Assembly (NCBI GenBank): GCA_963845535.1 | Contig: CAWJSK010000014.1 | Location: 1-64,000, forward strand | Length of the DNA: 64,000 bases | Direction of reading: 5' to 3' | Source of the DNA: an uncultured Spirochaetota bacterium | GTDB lineage: Bacteria; Spirochaetota; Spirochaetia; SZUA-6; Fen-1364 | Part shown: one piece after another, positions 1 to 10,129 of the stretch | Position numbering within the stretch: position 1 is the stretch's first letter | How the letters are laid out: each line of letters opens with the position of its first letter | Notes under the pieces: generated by a model | What the model was told of the DNA's origin: nothing | Database searches by the model: none | The model's input: the letters and a program-made list of their open reading frames with translations, nothing else | Translations under genes and position numbers: made by a program

Positions 1-1163
1 CTGGCGGCGCGCGACCAGAAGGAGCAGCTCCGCTGCCGGTTGGGTTGATTGTAATCGATGGCAAAGGGCGATTTCCCGCGGCGGAATGCTTCCCACGGCG
101 AAGGCTGTCACCATTTCCGGCGCTCATCGTGTCCAGGCCGAGCCTGTCGCAGAGGTCGTTCAGGTAGGCGACCTCCTCCAGACTGTCGATGCAATTCAAG
201 CCGCCGAAGGCATAAATCGTCTCGTACTCGGGGCCTTCCAACTCGAGACCGCGGTGCCTGCCTTCACGGACTCGGCAGAGCTTTGTGCACTGCAAAAAGC
301 AGTTGGGGCATCCGTGCCGCTTCACGTCGAAGTGCTCCTGCATATACTCGGCGGAGAGCTTTTGCGAATGCTCGAAATGCCCGGAGCTCCAGTAGCGGGT
401 CGGAAAACACCCTTCGCGTTCGTCACCTTGACATGGTTGGGAGTGCCAAACCGCTGGTACATCTCTGTGATGGGGGACCCCTTCGCCTTCGCGGACACCG
501 AGCGGATGATCTGCTTCAGGAGAGCCTCGTCGGCGATCGTCGCCTTCCGCGTCCCGGCGAATGCAATGCCCTTGACTCGCTTTGAACCCAGCACGGCGCC
601 AAGCCCTCCCCGGCCCAGGCTGCGCCAAGTGTCGGATTTGATGCAGGCAAAACGTGAACCGCTTTCCCCGGCAGGGCCGATGACCATGGCACCGCTCCCG
701 GGCCCGCACGCCTCCGTGATGGCTCGCTCCGCTGCAAAAGTTTCTGCTCCCCGGAGGGCGGTCGCGTCATGAAACGTCACTCCCTTCTCGTCGATCCGCA
801 GGAAGGACAGCTCGTCGCAAGCGCCCTGCAGGATCACCGCGTCCACGCCGCACCCCTTGATTTTTGGTGCCAGAGAGCCGCCGCAGTAGGATTCACCGTA
901 TCCCTGGGTCGCGGGGCTCTTGGCGAACACGGCGAACCGCGACTGGCTCCACATGGAGGTGCCGGTGAGCGGCCCGACCGCAATTATGAAGCGGTTCTCC
1001 GGGGAGAGAATATCGACCCGCGGCGGATTTTCCTCCAGGAGCAAATGGACTCCCAATCCCTTTCCTCCAAGAGTTGCCGAAAGGATGGAATCAGGTATTC
1101 CTCAAAGCGATATGTTTTCTCGTCGAGATGGACCCGCAACAGGCGGCCAAAAAAGCCATTCAT
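1..1163 (-). CDS. Aldehyde:ferredoxin oxidoreductase family protein (AOR), N-terminal part; frameshifted and running off the window edge
   Basis: ATG 1163 after AAGGAG; MNGFFGRLLRVHL.., KSPATQGYGESYCGG, IGPAGE, GRGGLGAVLGSKRVKGI are AOR N-domain motifs; split over frames (984..1391 and 322..1056). Confidence 0.85.
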
Positions 1164-1200
1164 GACACGCTCCTTCGTGTAGGCGGTCATTGAGTCTAAG

Positions 1201-1694
1201 CCGATATTTCCCAAATAGCCAGCGGTTCTTGTAAGTCCTGGGGAGCTCCCTATCTGCTGGCCCCATTTTACTAGCGCGTGTCTATCGTCAAGCCAATTTG
1301 TGATCTTTGCCATCTCGAATCTTTCTTCAAGCCATAATATGCGAGGTTTTCGCGTCAATTTTCGCAGGATCACGCCCAAGTCCGACAGCACTACCTCGTC
1401 ATCTACGTCGTGCGGACAGGCTCGGTTAGCCAGTCACTTCAACCAGAAGCCTGAGCCGTCGTATCCTCCCGAGGATAGCCACACATAATTCTTGCGAAAC
1501 TGCGGACCTCCGCCATTTGGAAGACGATATGCCGGCTTGGCAAACGACCCAGGCGCCGATCTTGATCACTTTCTCCCGTAGGGTCGTCATCGTCCGTGCC
1601 GCACGCGCTTCGGCAGCGCCATCTGGCGGAAAAGGTTTCCAAGATTGTAGGCAAGGGCGAAGAGCTGCAATCGGATTTGATTGTCAACAAACTC
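1201..1694 (-). mobile_element. IS1380-family remnant: transposase C-terminus and probable right end
   Basis: Manual translation EFVDNQIRLQLFALAYNLGNLFRQMALPKRVRH..HIVFQMAEV; probable end CCGATATTTCCCAAAT at 1201; cut at TTAG 1695-1698. Confidence 0.7.
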
Positions 1695-1916
1695 TTAGCC
1701 TGCATTTCTCATACCGTCGCGCGCTTTCTGGGGCAACATGCTTTGAGGGATCCATGTGAGTCTTTATAGTCGATTACAAACAACTTCTACGCGACTGTCG
1801 CGGGAAATAGGGCTGTCGAAGGCGTTTGCGGTCCTCCCGAGAGGCTCTACGATGGAAGTATGGGCCTCCAAGAACGCCCCCACCGCGTCCATTTTCCCAA
1901 CCTCGGTGACTCGTTG

Positions 1917-2790
1917 TCAACACTGAAGCGGGTGTGAACCCCGCAGTGCGAGATGGGCGGCCATGAAGAGCTCCCGATACAGATAGCCGGTCGACAGGCT
2001 CACTGCAACTCGTCGAACGCTTACCCCTACCAGGCCGCCAATCTTGAACAGCTCCAGCCTGATCGTCTGGCAGGTGGCCTCGGCAAACTCGGTGCCGCGC
2101 AACGCTCGTCGGCGCAACTGGTTCATCAGCACATAGCCCATCGCCGAGAACCAAAGCCGCAATTGGTTGGATGTCATCTTCATGCAGGAGCTGCGATCCG
2201 CAAACAGGTACAGCTGCTGCGCGGAGTATCGCAGTTCGCGCGGGAGATTGGTCACGATGAAGCGCGGGTTTTCCTTACCTTCGGTGTACTCGGCCTTGGC
2301 GATGACGCAGCGATTTCTGCTCCAACTCTTTCGGGTTCGAGAATAGAAGCTGAGGTAGCTGCGAGCGGCAAGCCAGTTCGTGCATGCTCGGCGCTGCTAC
2401 GGTGCAGATGCTTCTTGATCCGGGCAACAAGGCGCGTATTTCTCGCCAGACCAATGAGGTAGAACACCCCATGCTCTTCACACCAGCGCATCAGCTCTTC
2501 GCGGCAGAATCCGCTGTCGCCCAGAATGACGATCTCAACATGCTTCCACCGATTGCGGATCAAGCCCACGATCCGATCCAGTTCCTCCGTTACCCCTTCG
2601 ACGGGATCCACATCGGCGGTGCGAAGCTTCGCGCACAACAGGTCATCGCCGCAGCAGATATACAACGGCAGGTAGCAGTAGCAATCGTAGTGGCCGTGGA
2701 AGAACCGTCCCTCCTATTTGCCATGCAATTCGTTGTCTCGTCACGTCCAGATCCAGCACGATCCTTTTCGGCCGACCGGCATGATTGTTC
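1917..2790 (-). pseudogene. IS1380-family transposase, fragmented
   Basis: LCAKLR, ILGDSGFCREELMRWCE, YLIGLARN, VTNL, LFADRSS, NQLRLWFSAMGYVLM, TIRLELFKIG across ORFs 2252..2665 and 1917..2255. Confidence 0.85.
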
Positions 2791-2911
2791 ACCCTGTAGT
2801 TGCATTAGCGCGGAGGTTTGACGAGCGAGGCTGTAAACAAGAAAGTGGCATCCTGATATGGTAAATCCAAGCTTTTCTCGAGCGAGATTCACCATGCAGG
2901 ATGCCACCAAA

Positions 2912-3176
2912 GGTGAAGTTGAGCAAATCGCAAATTCACTTCTCCGTCCAGAGCGTCCCTGAGCTTCGCTTCGAGGATCAACGGCTGACGTCCTTCTCAG
3001 GATGCGTCATTCTTCAGGGTTGTTCCGAAGGCTGAGGCTGCGTGACCGACTGCGCGAGTGCTTCGAGCACCGAAACGAGAGGTTGATGGTCGGCTCCCCT
3101 TCGGTCGTGCTCATCTTGATCGTGCACCTCATGCTGGGCTTTCGACGGCTTCGAGACCTCGAGCGCTACCGAGAAG
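2912..3176 (+). pseudogene. Another IS1380-family transposase, N-terminal fragment
   Basis: VKLSKSQIH..PELRFEDQRLTSFSG..LRDRLRECFEH..LIVHLMLGFRRLRDLERYRE; fused to the intron RT fragment at about 3176. Confidence 0.7.
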
Positions 3177-3936
3177 TAGTTCTTCCTCTTCGGTTCTTCC
3201 GCCAGCTCGTCCACCCATCGCTCTATGCCGTATGCTTCGATATGCTCGAACGTCTGTCCGTCGACCCCTTCTGAGCCGCCGTTGCTCTGACATCGCCAGT
3301 AGGCGACCCACAGCACGTCTTTGCGACAAATCTTGTCGTACAGACTGTAGAAACGAAAGTTGGGCGATCCCTTCGCTTTCGCGTGCAGCGCACTCTGTAG
3401 TTTCTCGACCTTCTGTAGGGTTGTTAGGCTCACGCCAATCTCCTCGGCCTTCACTCCTTCGCGCGCTCTCCTTGAACCAAGGCCCCTTCGCTCCACCGGC
3501 ATTACCCGGCTTCATCACTACTACGGGCCTCTCCGCCGCCCCATGCGGCCCAGCCTGCTCCTCACGGAGCGCTAGTTGCGGGTTCACGCACCCGCACCGC
3601 TGGGGTTTCCCGTGTTGCCTGTCATTTCCTCTTGCACACATGCCGTCGCCACTACCCCGGTGGGTTCTTCAGGTCTTTCGCTCTGTGTTTCCCGAAGACA
3701 TCGGCCTTCCCCGTTTCTCAGTCGGGTCGGCTCCCACGTTACCCGTTTCGAGGCCTGCTCAGCGTTCACTCACATTACGGCCTGCATGCTCGCTAACCCC
3801 CCGTGGGGGCCTTTTCTTGAAGTGCTTCAATCCAATTCGTTACCTCCTTGAACCGCTTCAAGTGCTTCCGGCTGGAGCGACAGTTGCCGGGCGGGATTCG
3901 CACCCGCTGGAAATAACACGCCTTTTCACGGCGCAC
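3176..3936 (-). mobile_element. Group II intron, 5' part only (ribozyme 5' domains and start of RT ORF)
   Basis: 5' end GTGCG at 3936; RT N-terminus from about 3433 LQSALHAKAKGSPNFRFYSLYDKI..NGGSEGVDG; no YADD motif or domain V/VI present. Confidence 0.85.
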
Positions 3937-4025
3937 TGAGAAATGCGGGTTAGCGCAATTATCTTGTACGGGACAGCTGGATCATCGCTCGATGTTGAAT
4001 GCCAAGGTTGCCGCAACCTCTAAAA

Positions 4026-4838
4026 CTAAGTTGTTTCGACTTCGCTCATGAAGCGCTCAAACTCTTCCTGCGCAATTTGAATGCTTTTAGCTTTCGTAGG
4101 GAAAGCACCCGACTGTGCTTCTTTTTTAAACTCACTGAACGCGGCAATAGCCTCTGCGTAGAAATCGCGATACTTCTTGGCATGCCGGGGCAGATTCACC
4201 GTTCCAGAATATCTTCAGCGAATAGGAACTGCCCGTCACACCCCGGACCGCTGCCGATTGAGATCACGGGTATTTTCACGCGCTTGGCTATTTCGGCTGC
4301 TACTCTGGCGGGTACACACTCCATTTCAATGAATGCAGCCCCAGCCTCCTCGAATGCCAAGGCATCTCTATAGACTCGTCAGTGCTTCATCGGATTTCTT
4401 GCCCACCGCCCTCAGGCCACCAATCCACGTTGAATCACCTGGCACAAGTCCCACATGAACACGGCAAGGAATCCCCTCCTTCGCTATCTTGGCGACACGT
4501 TCTGGCTGTGCGTGAACGTAGACTGCATCAGCACCCGCTCTTAGCAGGGTCACTCCCCAACGAAGTGCCTCCTCGTCACTAATCGATGCCATGTGGGTTG
4601 GTATCGTAGCGCAGAGGAGCACCATAGGTGCAGCGTTTCTCACTATTTGCACCCTCGCCGCTACATTTTCAAAACTTTCAGTGGCGCCCCCGGTACCCGC
4701 AGTACCGATAATATCCACCCCAGCAGCTTGGGCTGCCGCAGCGGTCCAAACATCTCGCACGGTCGTCATGACGATCTGTCGCTTTCCCTTGAGATTCAAC
4801 AAGTCGTAGACAGTAAACTGCCCTTTTTGGGGTATCAT
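4026..4838 (-). CDS. PanB-like (ketopantoate hydroxymethyltransferase superfamily) protein, frameshifted
   Basis: HVGLVP..WIGGLRAVGK, then DALAFEEAGAAFIEMECVP..IPVISIGSGPGCDGQFL in a shifted frame; GGGAGG RBS. Confidence 0.7.
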
Positions 4839-5056
4839 GCAATCCCTCCCATTCCATTCGCTTGCTGCATGGACCAAGCTACCAGTACGCCCTCTGGGTC
4901 GTGAGTCGAGATTCTGTTATGACTCGAGAGCGCGACGAAACTCGTCAGGCAATTGGACGCGAAGTGATGAGCGGCTGCCTTTGTCAATCGTCCAATTAAC
5001 CTGGAGATCCATGTATCGCGTTTCGGGAAACATGTCAACTGCGGATGGCGATTTCC

Positions 5057-6736
5057 CAGCAATTCCAAATTTCCGGTGGCTTCAAGATTCACCGAGGATT
5101 AGGGCAAACCACACAACAGACGTCTAGTTCTGAGACACGCGGGGGTGTTTTCTAGCACGCTTTCTTCGGAAAGACATGCTGGGAGGGGACGTCTTCCATA
5201 GACTCCTAACGATTCTCACCGACTGCATCGACGGGTTTCCAGACCCCCGGAAGGGCAAGAACACGCGCTACTCCATGCATGATATCGCTGTTGGCGCCTT
5301 TTCGGTTTTCTTCACCCAGAGTCCCTCGTTTCTCATGCACCAGCGCTCCATGCAACGCGCCAAAAAGTGCAACAACGGCCACAGCCTGTTTGGCATCCAA
5401 CACATCCCCACCGACCCTCAGATTCGTAACGTTCTGGACGAAGTCCCCTGCTCTCATCTTGACCCGCTGTTCACGCAGGTAATCGAGCTTCTGCGGCAAG
5501 AGAGCCAGTTGGAGGGCTACCGAGTGCTGGATGGCCAACTGTTAGTCTGCCTGGACGGCACAGAGTTCTTCAGCTCCGATGCGCTGTGCTGCCCGTATTG
5601 CAGCAGCCGTGAGCTGAGCAACGGCAAAGTCAATCACTTTCACTCGGCGCTGACCCCCGCCATCGTGCAGCCCGGCAACAGTCGCGTCCTTCCGTTGCCT
5701 CCCCAGATCATCAGTCCTCAGGACGGTCGCGATAAACAGGACTGCGAGAACGCGGCCGCCAAAAGATGGCTCCAGCGCTGGGGCAGCCTGTTCAAAACCT
5801 TAGGCCCCCTGACCCTCCTGGGAGACGATCTGTATAGCAAGCAGACCTTGTGCCGACCCATGCAGAAGGCGGGGGTGAACTTCATTCTGGTCTGCAAACC
5901 CTCCTCCCATCCCTGGCTTGCCGATTGGATACGGGCTTGCGACCCGCTGAAGGACCTTCACGAGAGCCGACAGAACGTCTGGGACGGCCGCCGGCATTCC
6001 ACTCGTATCACACGCTGGATCAACGGAGTTCCTCTGACAAGTGACCCTGACAGCCTTGAGGTGAATTGGGTGGAGTTGCTTATTTTGGATGAGAAGGGAA
6101 AGGAAACCTATCACAATTCGTGGGTCACAAGCCACCTCCTGAGTGTCGATACCGTCGAGGCCATCATCCAAGCCGGTCGCTGCCGCTGGAAGATCGAAAA
6201 CGAGAACAACAATACCCTCAAGACCAAGGGCTACCATCTGGAACACAACTTCGGTCATGGCAAGAAGAACCTGTCCAACTTGTTGCTTACCCTCAACATC
6301 GTAGCATTCCTGTTTCACACGGTCCTGGAGATCCTCGATTCACGTTATCGACTGCTGCGGCGGACCCTGGTACGTCGGGACACATTCTTCAACGACTTAC
6401 GCGCTCTCACCCGCTACATCTGCTTCGACGGCTGGCAAGCGATGTTGCTGTTCATGCTGCGAGGGCTTGAACTGGAGGACCCGGCAGGACAATTGCGATC
6501 CTCTCTCTGATCCCCTCGCCAGCAACCCCTCATCCCACCTGCACACCTCGACTCATCCCTAACCTCTCCTTTCAAATCGCTTGACCGACTGCCCGCCTTC
6601 GCCCCTACGGGCAGTTCCTCGATATATTGTGCGCCCCAAAAAAGGCTGTCACATCGCCGCTGGGTAACTACTCCCTTGCTGAAAAAGCGGCCTTGGCCTG
6701 TCCTGCTCGCACCACCGGCCGGATTTGGAATTGCTG
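5057..6736 (+). mobile_element. Intact ISNCY-type insertion sequence with perfect 14-bp IRs
   Basis: CAGCAATTCCAAAT 5057-5070 and ATTTGGAATTGCTG 6723-6736; CC on both flanks. Confidence 0.85.
5176..6510 (+). CDS. DDE transposase (ISNCY / DDE_Tnp_1-like)
   Basis: FPDPR, LDGTEFFSS, KQDCENAAAKRW, LGDDLY, GRCRWKIENENNNTLKTKGYHLEHNFGHG. Confidence 0.9.
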   Translation: MLGGDVFHRLLTILTDCIDGFPDPRKGKNTRYSMHDIAVGAFSVFFTQSPSFLMHQRSMQRAKKCNNGHSLFGIQHIPTDPQIRNVLDEVPCSHLDPLFTQVIELLRQESQLEGYRVLDGQLLVCLDGTEFFSSDALCCPYCSSRELSNGKVNHFHSALTPAIVQPGNSRVLPLPPQIISPQDGRDKQDCENAAAKRWLQRWGSLFKTLGPLTLLGDDLYSKQTLCRPMQKAGVNFILVCKPSSHPWLADWIRACDPLKDLHESRQNVWDGRRHSTRITRWINGVPLTSDPDSLEVNWVELLILDEKGKETYHNSWVTSHLLSVDTVEAIIQAGRCRWKIENENNNTLKTKGYHLEHNFGHGKKNLSNLLLTLNIVAFLFHTVLEILDSRYRLLRRTLVRRDTFFNDLRALTRYICFDGWQAMLLFMLRGLELEDPAGQLRSSL

Positions 6737-6738
6737 CC

Positions 6739-6767
6739 TTGACTCTGAGACGCCTTCCGACTAGAGT
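6739..6767 (+). promoter_or_regulatory. Sigma70-like promoter of pfk
   Basis: TTGACT-N17-TAGAGT. Confidence 0.5.
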
Positions 6768-6840
6768 GAGATGGTCCGGTAGCTCCCGTGGTGGCAGCGG
6801 CCGGCAACCTTCGAAAGCTTACCGTAAGAGGATCTATCCG

Positions 6841-8070
6841 ATGGCCAAGCTGACCGGCAAAGTCCTGATCGCTCAGGGCGGCGGCCCAACCGCCGTCATC
6901 AACCAGTCCCTGGTGGGCGCGGTCCTGGAGTCGCGCAAGTTCCCTGAGGTGACGCGTGTCTACGGCGCCACCAACGGCGTCCATGGAATCGTCGAAGAGG
7001 ATTTCTTGGACCTCACCCAGGAGACCACCCACAACCTGGAGCAGGTGGCGGGGACGCCTTCCAGCGCGCTCCTTTCCACGCGCGACAAGCCTGATGAGGC
7101 CTATTGCCGGGAAATCTTCAAGGTCTGCCAGGCTCATGACGTGCGCTATTTCTTCTATATAGGCGGCAACGACAGCGCGGACACGGTGCGCATTGTGAAC
7201 GGGAACGCCGAGACCGCGGGCTACGACATGCGCTGCATCCACATCCCCAAGACCGTGGACAACGACCTTGTGGTGAACGACCACACGCCCGGCTTCGGCT
7301 CCGCGGCCCGCTACGTGGCGCAGGCTTTCATGGGGTACAACCTGGACAACAGGGCGCTCCCCGGAGTGTTCATCGGAATCGTCATGGGAAGGAACGCGGG
7401 CTTCCTGACCGCCGCTTCCACTCTTGGCCGCAAGTACGAGGACGATGGTCCCCATCACGTCTACGTTCCCGAACGGCCCTTCTCTGAGGAGCAGTTCCTT
7501 CACGACGTGAAATCTTCCATGGACAGGTATGGCCGCTGCCTCGTGGCCGTAAGTGAAGGCGTGCTGGACAAGGACGGCAAACCCTTCATGACCAGGCTCA
7601 CCGGCAGCAAGGAAGCAGACGCGCACGGCAACGTGCAGCTCTCGGGATCCGGCGCTCTCGGGGACATGCTCTCTGACCTCGTGAAGACCAAGCTGAAGAT
7701 CAAGCGCGTGCGCGCGGATACGCTGGGATACGCGCAGCGCTCCTACCTCGGCGTGGTTTCAGACGTCGACGCGCATGAGGCCCGGGAAGTGGGGGAGAAG
7801 GCGGCTCAATTCGCGATCTGGCACGACGTGGACGGCTCCATCACCATCCAGAGGACCGGCAACTATTCGGTGGACTACAAGATCGTGGCCCTGGAGGAAA
7901 TCGCGGCCAAGACGAAGACCATGCCGAAAGAGTTCCTCACGGCGGAAGGCAACGACACTACGTGGGACTTCTACAACTACGGCCGTCCGCTTCTGGGCTC
8001 GGGGTTCCCCAACGTGCATCGAATCCGCGCTCCAAGGGTTCCGAAGATCCTGAAGAGCAACGGGACGTAG
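6841..8070 (+). CDS. pfk: 6-phosphofructokinase, likely PPi-dependent
   Basis: AQGGGPTAVIN, GGNDS (Asp), PKTVDND, MGRNAG. Confidence 0.9.
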   Translation: MAKLTGKVLIAQGGGPTAVINQSLVGAVLESRKFPEVTRVYGATNGVHGIVEEDFLDLTQETTHNLEQVAGTPSSALLSTRDKPDEAYCREIFKVCQAHDVRYFFYIGGNDSADTVRIVNGNAETAGYDMRCIHIPKTVDNDLVVNDHTPGFGSAARYVAQAFMGYNLDNRALPGVFIGIVMGRNAGFLTAASTLGRKYEDDGPHHVYVPERPFSEEQFLHDVKSSMDRYGRCLVAVSEGVLDKDGKPFMTRLTGSKEADAHGNVQLSGSGALGDMLSDLVKTKLKIKRVRADTLGYAQRSYLGVVSDVDAHEAREVGEKAAQFAIWHDVDGSITIQRTGNYSVDYKIVALEEIAAKTKTMPKEFLTAEGNDTTWDFYNYGRPLLGSGFPNVHRIRAPRVPKILKSNGT

Positions 8071-8104
8071 CGCCGGGTTTCCACGGGAGAACGGCTGGCT
8101 CACC

Positions 8105-8497
8105 TCAAACAGCCGAGGACGAGTTTTGCAGCACGGAGGAAAGGCTCGGGTCGGATTCCACCGCATAGGGGAAATCGTCCAGGACGAGCGGCCCCTTCCA
8201 CCGGGCGCCCTCCAGTTCCCGAGTGATTCTCTTCAAGAGCGAAGTCCACGTCGGATAGGTTACGTCATCGAACCCTGGGAGCCGCCGCGCGATCTCCTGC
8301 GCCAGGTAGAGTCTCTGGATGGATGCCGTCGATCTGTCGCAAACGGTATACAACCCGTCGGTGCGTTTGACCCACTCCAAGAGCAGGCGGGTTTTCCCAA
8401 TCCGGCGACGGCCCGAAAGAATGCCCAGCCCGCCCTCGGCACGCGACACGAGGTCTCTGAGGCGGGAGAACTCTTCGACCCGATCAATGAACTTCAT
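8105..8497 (-). pseudogene. Truncated archaeal-type AAA ATPase (DUF234-associated family)
   Basis: FIDRVEE, GRRRIGKT Walker A, LVLDDFPY Walker B; stops after 130 aa. Confidence 0.75.
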
Positions 8498-8681
8498 CTC
8501 ATTGAATTATGCATCATGACATTATGCAGTCAAGCATAATCTCTAGATGGAGGGACGCGATGGCGAAGGGCGTCCGCGAAGCTCAGGCCACGCCCCTATG
8601 CCGCGCGCTCATGCCACGTGTTCGGTCAGCAGACCGCGTGTTCGGTTGACGGGTTGCCCGGCGGCGGATAGGCTCAAGCCC

Positions 8682-10004
8682 ATGGAAAGCGACCAGTTGC
8701 AGGAGCACGTGGAGACCATCCGCGAGGTCTTCAGCTACCTCAAGCAGTTTCGGTCCACCACGTTCGTGGTCAAGATCGACTTCACCGTGCTCAACGACGC
8801 CCTGTTTTCCTCCCTCGTCAAGGACCTGGCCATCCTCCACCAGGCGGGAATCCGCATTGCCGTCGTGCCTAGCGCCAAGGAGAGGATAGACGAGATTCTG
8901 AAGACGTACTCCCTGAGCTCCCGGTTCGTGAAGGGCGTGCGGATCACCAGCGAAGAGGCCATCCCGTTCGTCAAGATGGCGGCCTTCGACGTATCCAACA
9001 GGGTGATGACAATGCTGTCCGCCAACGGGGTTGCGGCGGTGATCGGCAACTGGGTAAGGGCGCGCGGCATTGGCGTTATTGACGGCGTCGACTACCAGAA
9101 CGCCGGGGTCGTGGAGAACGTGCGGGTTGACATGCTTCGAAAAGTCCTGGAAGACGGCATTGTCCCCATTTTCCCCTGCATCGGGTGGAGCTCCGTTGGA
9201 AAACCCTACAACATCTCGTCAAATGAGCTTGCCGTGGTGGTTGCCACGAGCCTGGGGGCCCAGAAACTCTTCTTTATCACGGCAAAGGCCGGCTATGATG
9301 CCGCCTCTTTCCATGTGCCTGAGACCGTCCCCGTTGCCCCGGGCGGACGGCTTGCCAACTTCAGCCTTGCCGACCTGGACGAGTTCTTCGCTTCGAACCC
9401 GGATGCGGACCTGGAGATCCTGCGCCGGGCCCGGCGCGCCTGCGCGGGCGGCGTGGAGCGCGTCCATATCCTGGACGGAAGAGGGGAGGGGGTGATCCTC
9501 CAGGAGACTTTCTCCAACCTCGGTTCGGGAACCATGGTGTACTCCAACCGCTACGGCGGCATTCGGCCCATGACCACCAATGATGTCTCCGACGTTCGCC
9601 GCATCATGCAGCCGTTCGTCGAGCGCGGGATCCTCCTGCCCCGAACCGAGGAGCAGCTCGAGGAGGGGGTTGCCGAGTTCGTCGTGTTCGAGGTTGATGA
9701 CTCGGTCCACGCCTGCGCCGCTCTCCACGAGTATTCCGAAGGCACGGGCGAGATTGCCGGCATCGCGGTGGATGAACAGTACAACCACCTCGGCGTGGGC
9801 CCGAAGATCGTGGACTTCCTGTGTGATCGGGCCAAGAAGAAGGGCCTTCAATCCGTGTTTGCCCTGACCACGCAGACCGCTGACTGGTTCGAAAAGCTCG
9901 GATTCACGGAAGCCGACATTTCAGCGCTGCCGGAGAAAAAGCGGCTCACGTATGACCTCAAGCGGAAATCCCGCGTGTTCGTGAAGAAGCTGCAAAGCCC
10001 GTAG
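8682..10004 (+). CDS. argA: Amino-acid N-acetyltransferase (N-acetylglutamate synthase)
   Basis: Amino-acid-kinase-like domain plus GNAT domain (GILLPRT, ACAALH, VFALTTQTADWF). Confidence 0.9.
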   Translation: MESDQLQEHVETIREVFSYLKQFRSTTFVVKIDFTVLNDALFSSLVKDLAILHQAGIRIAVVPSAKERIDEILKTYSLSSRFVKGVRITSEEAIPFVKMAAFDVSNRVMTMLSANGVAAVIGNWVRARGIGVIDGVDYQNAGVVENVRVDMLRKVLEDGIVPIFPCIGWSSVGKPYNISSNELAVVVATSLGAQKLFFITAKAGYDAASFHVPETVPVAPGGRLANFSLADLDEFFASNPDADLEILRRARRACAGGVERVHILDGRGEGVILQETFSNLGSGTMVYSNRYGGIRPMTTNDVSDVRRIMQPFVERGILLPRTEEQLEEGVAEFVVFEVDDSVHACAALHEYSEGTGEIAGIAVDEQYNHLGVGPKIVDFLCDRAKKKGLQSVFALTTQTADWFEKLGFTEADISALPEKKRLTYDLKRKSRVFVKKLQSP

Positions 10005-10067
10005 CGTCCTGCGAAAGCTCCTGGGGACGTCCTGAACCCATCTTGCCTCTATCTTGCCCGTGTTGCC

Positions 10068-10096
10068 TTGACAGGCAACGGCTGAATCACTACGCT
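10068..10096 (+). promoter_or_regulatory. Sigma70-like promoter
   Basis: TTGACA-N17-TACGCT upstream of the HDOD gene. Confidence 0.55.
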
Positions 10097-10129
10097 TAAG
10101 ATCACCATCCTGGCCTCCACGGGGGAGAG

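Larger units (their letters stand above)
1699..3949. mobile_element. IS1380-family composite element bounded by 13-bp IRs with TTAG direct repeats
   Basis: CCTGCATTTCTCA (1699-1711) vs TGAGAAATGCGGG (3937-3949), 12/13 inverted match; TTAG at 1695-1698 and 3950-3953. Confidence 0.7.

Noticed and set aside
3176..3502. Retron, DGR or other novel reverse transcriptase system
   Set aside because: RT N-terminus and GTGCG-started RNA are typical of group II introns; the catalytic core is deleted
6774..6830. GGTCCGGTAGCTC.. resembles a tRNA 5' half
   Set aside because: No T-arm GTTC motif, acceptor-stem pairing or CCA; lies in the pfk 5' UTR
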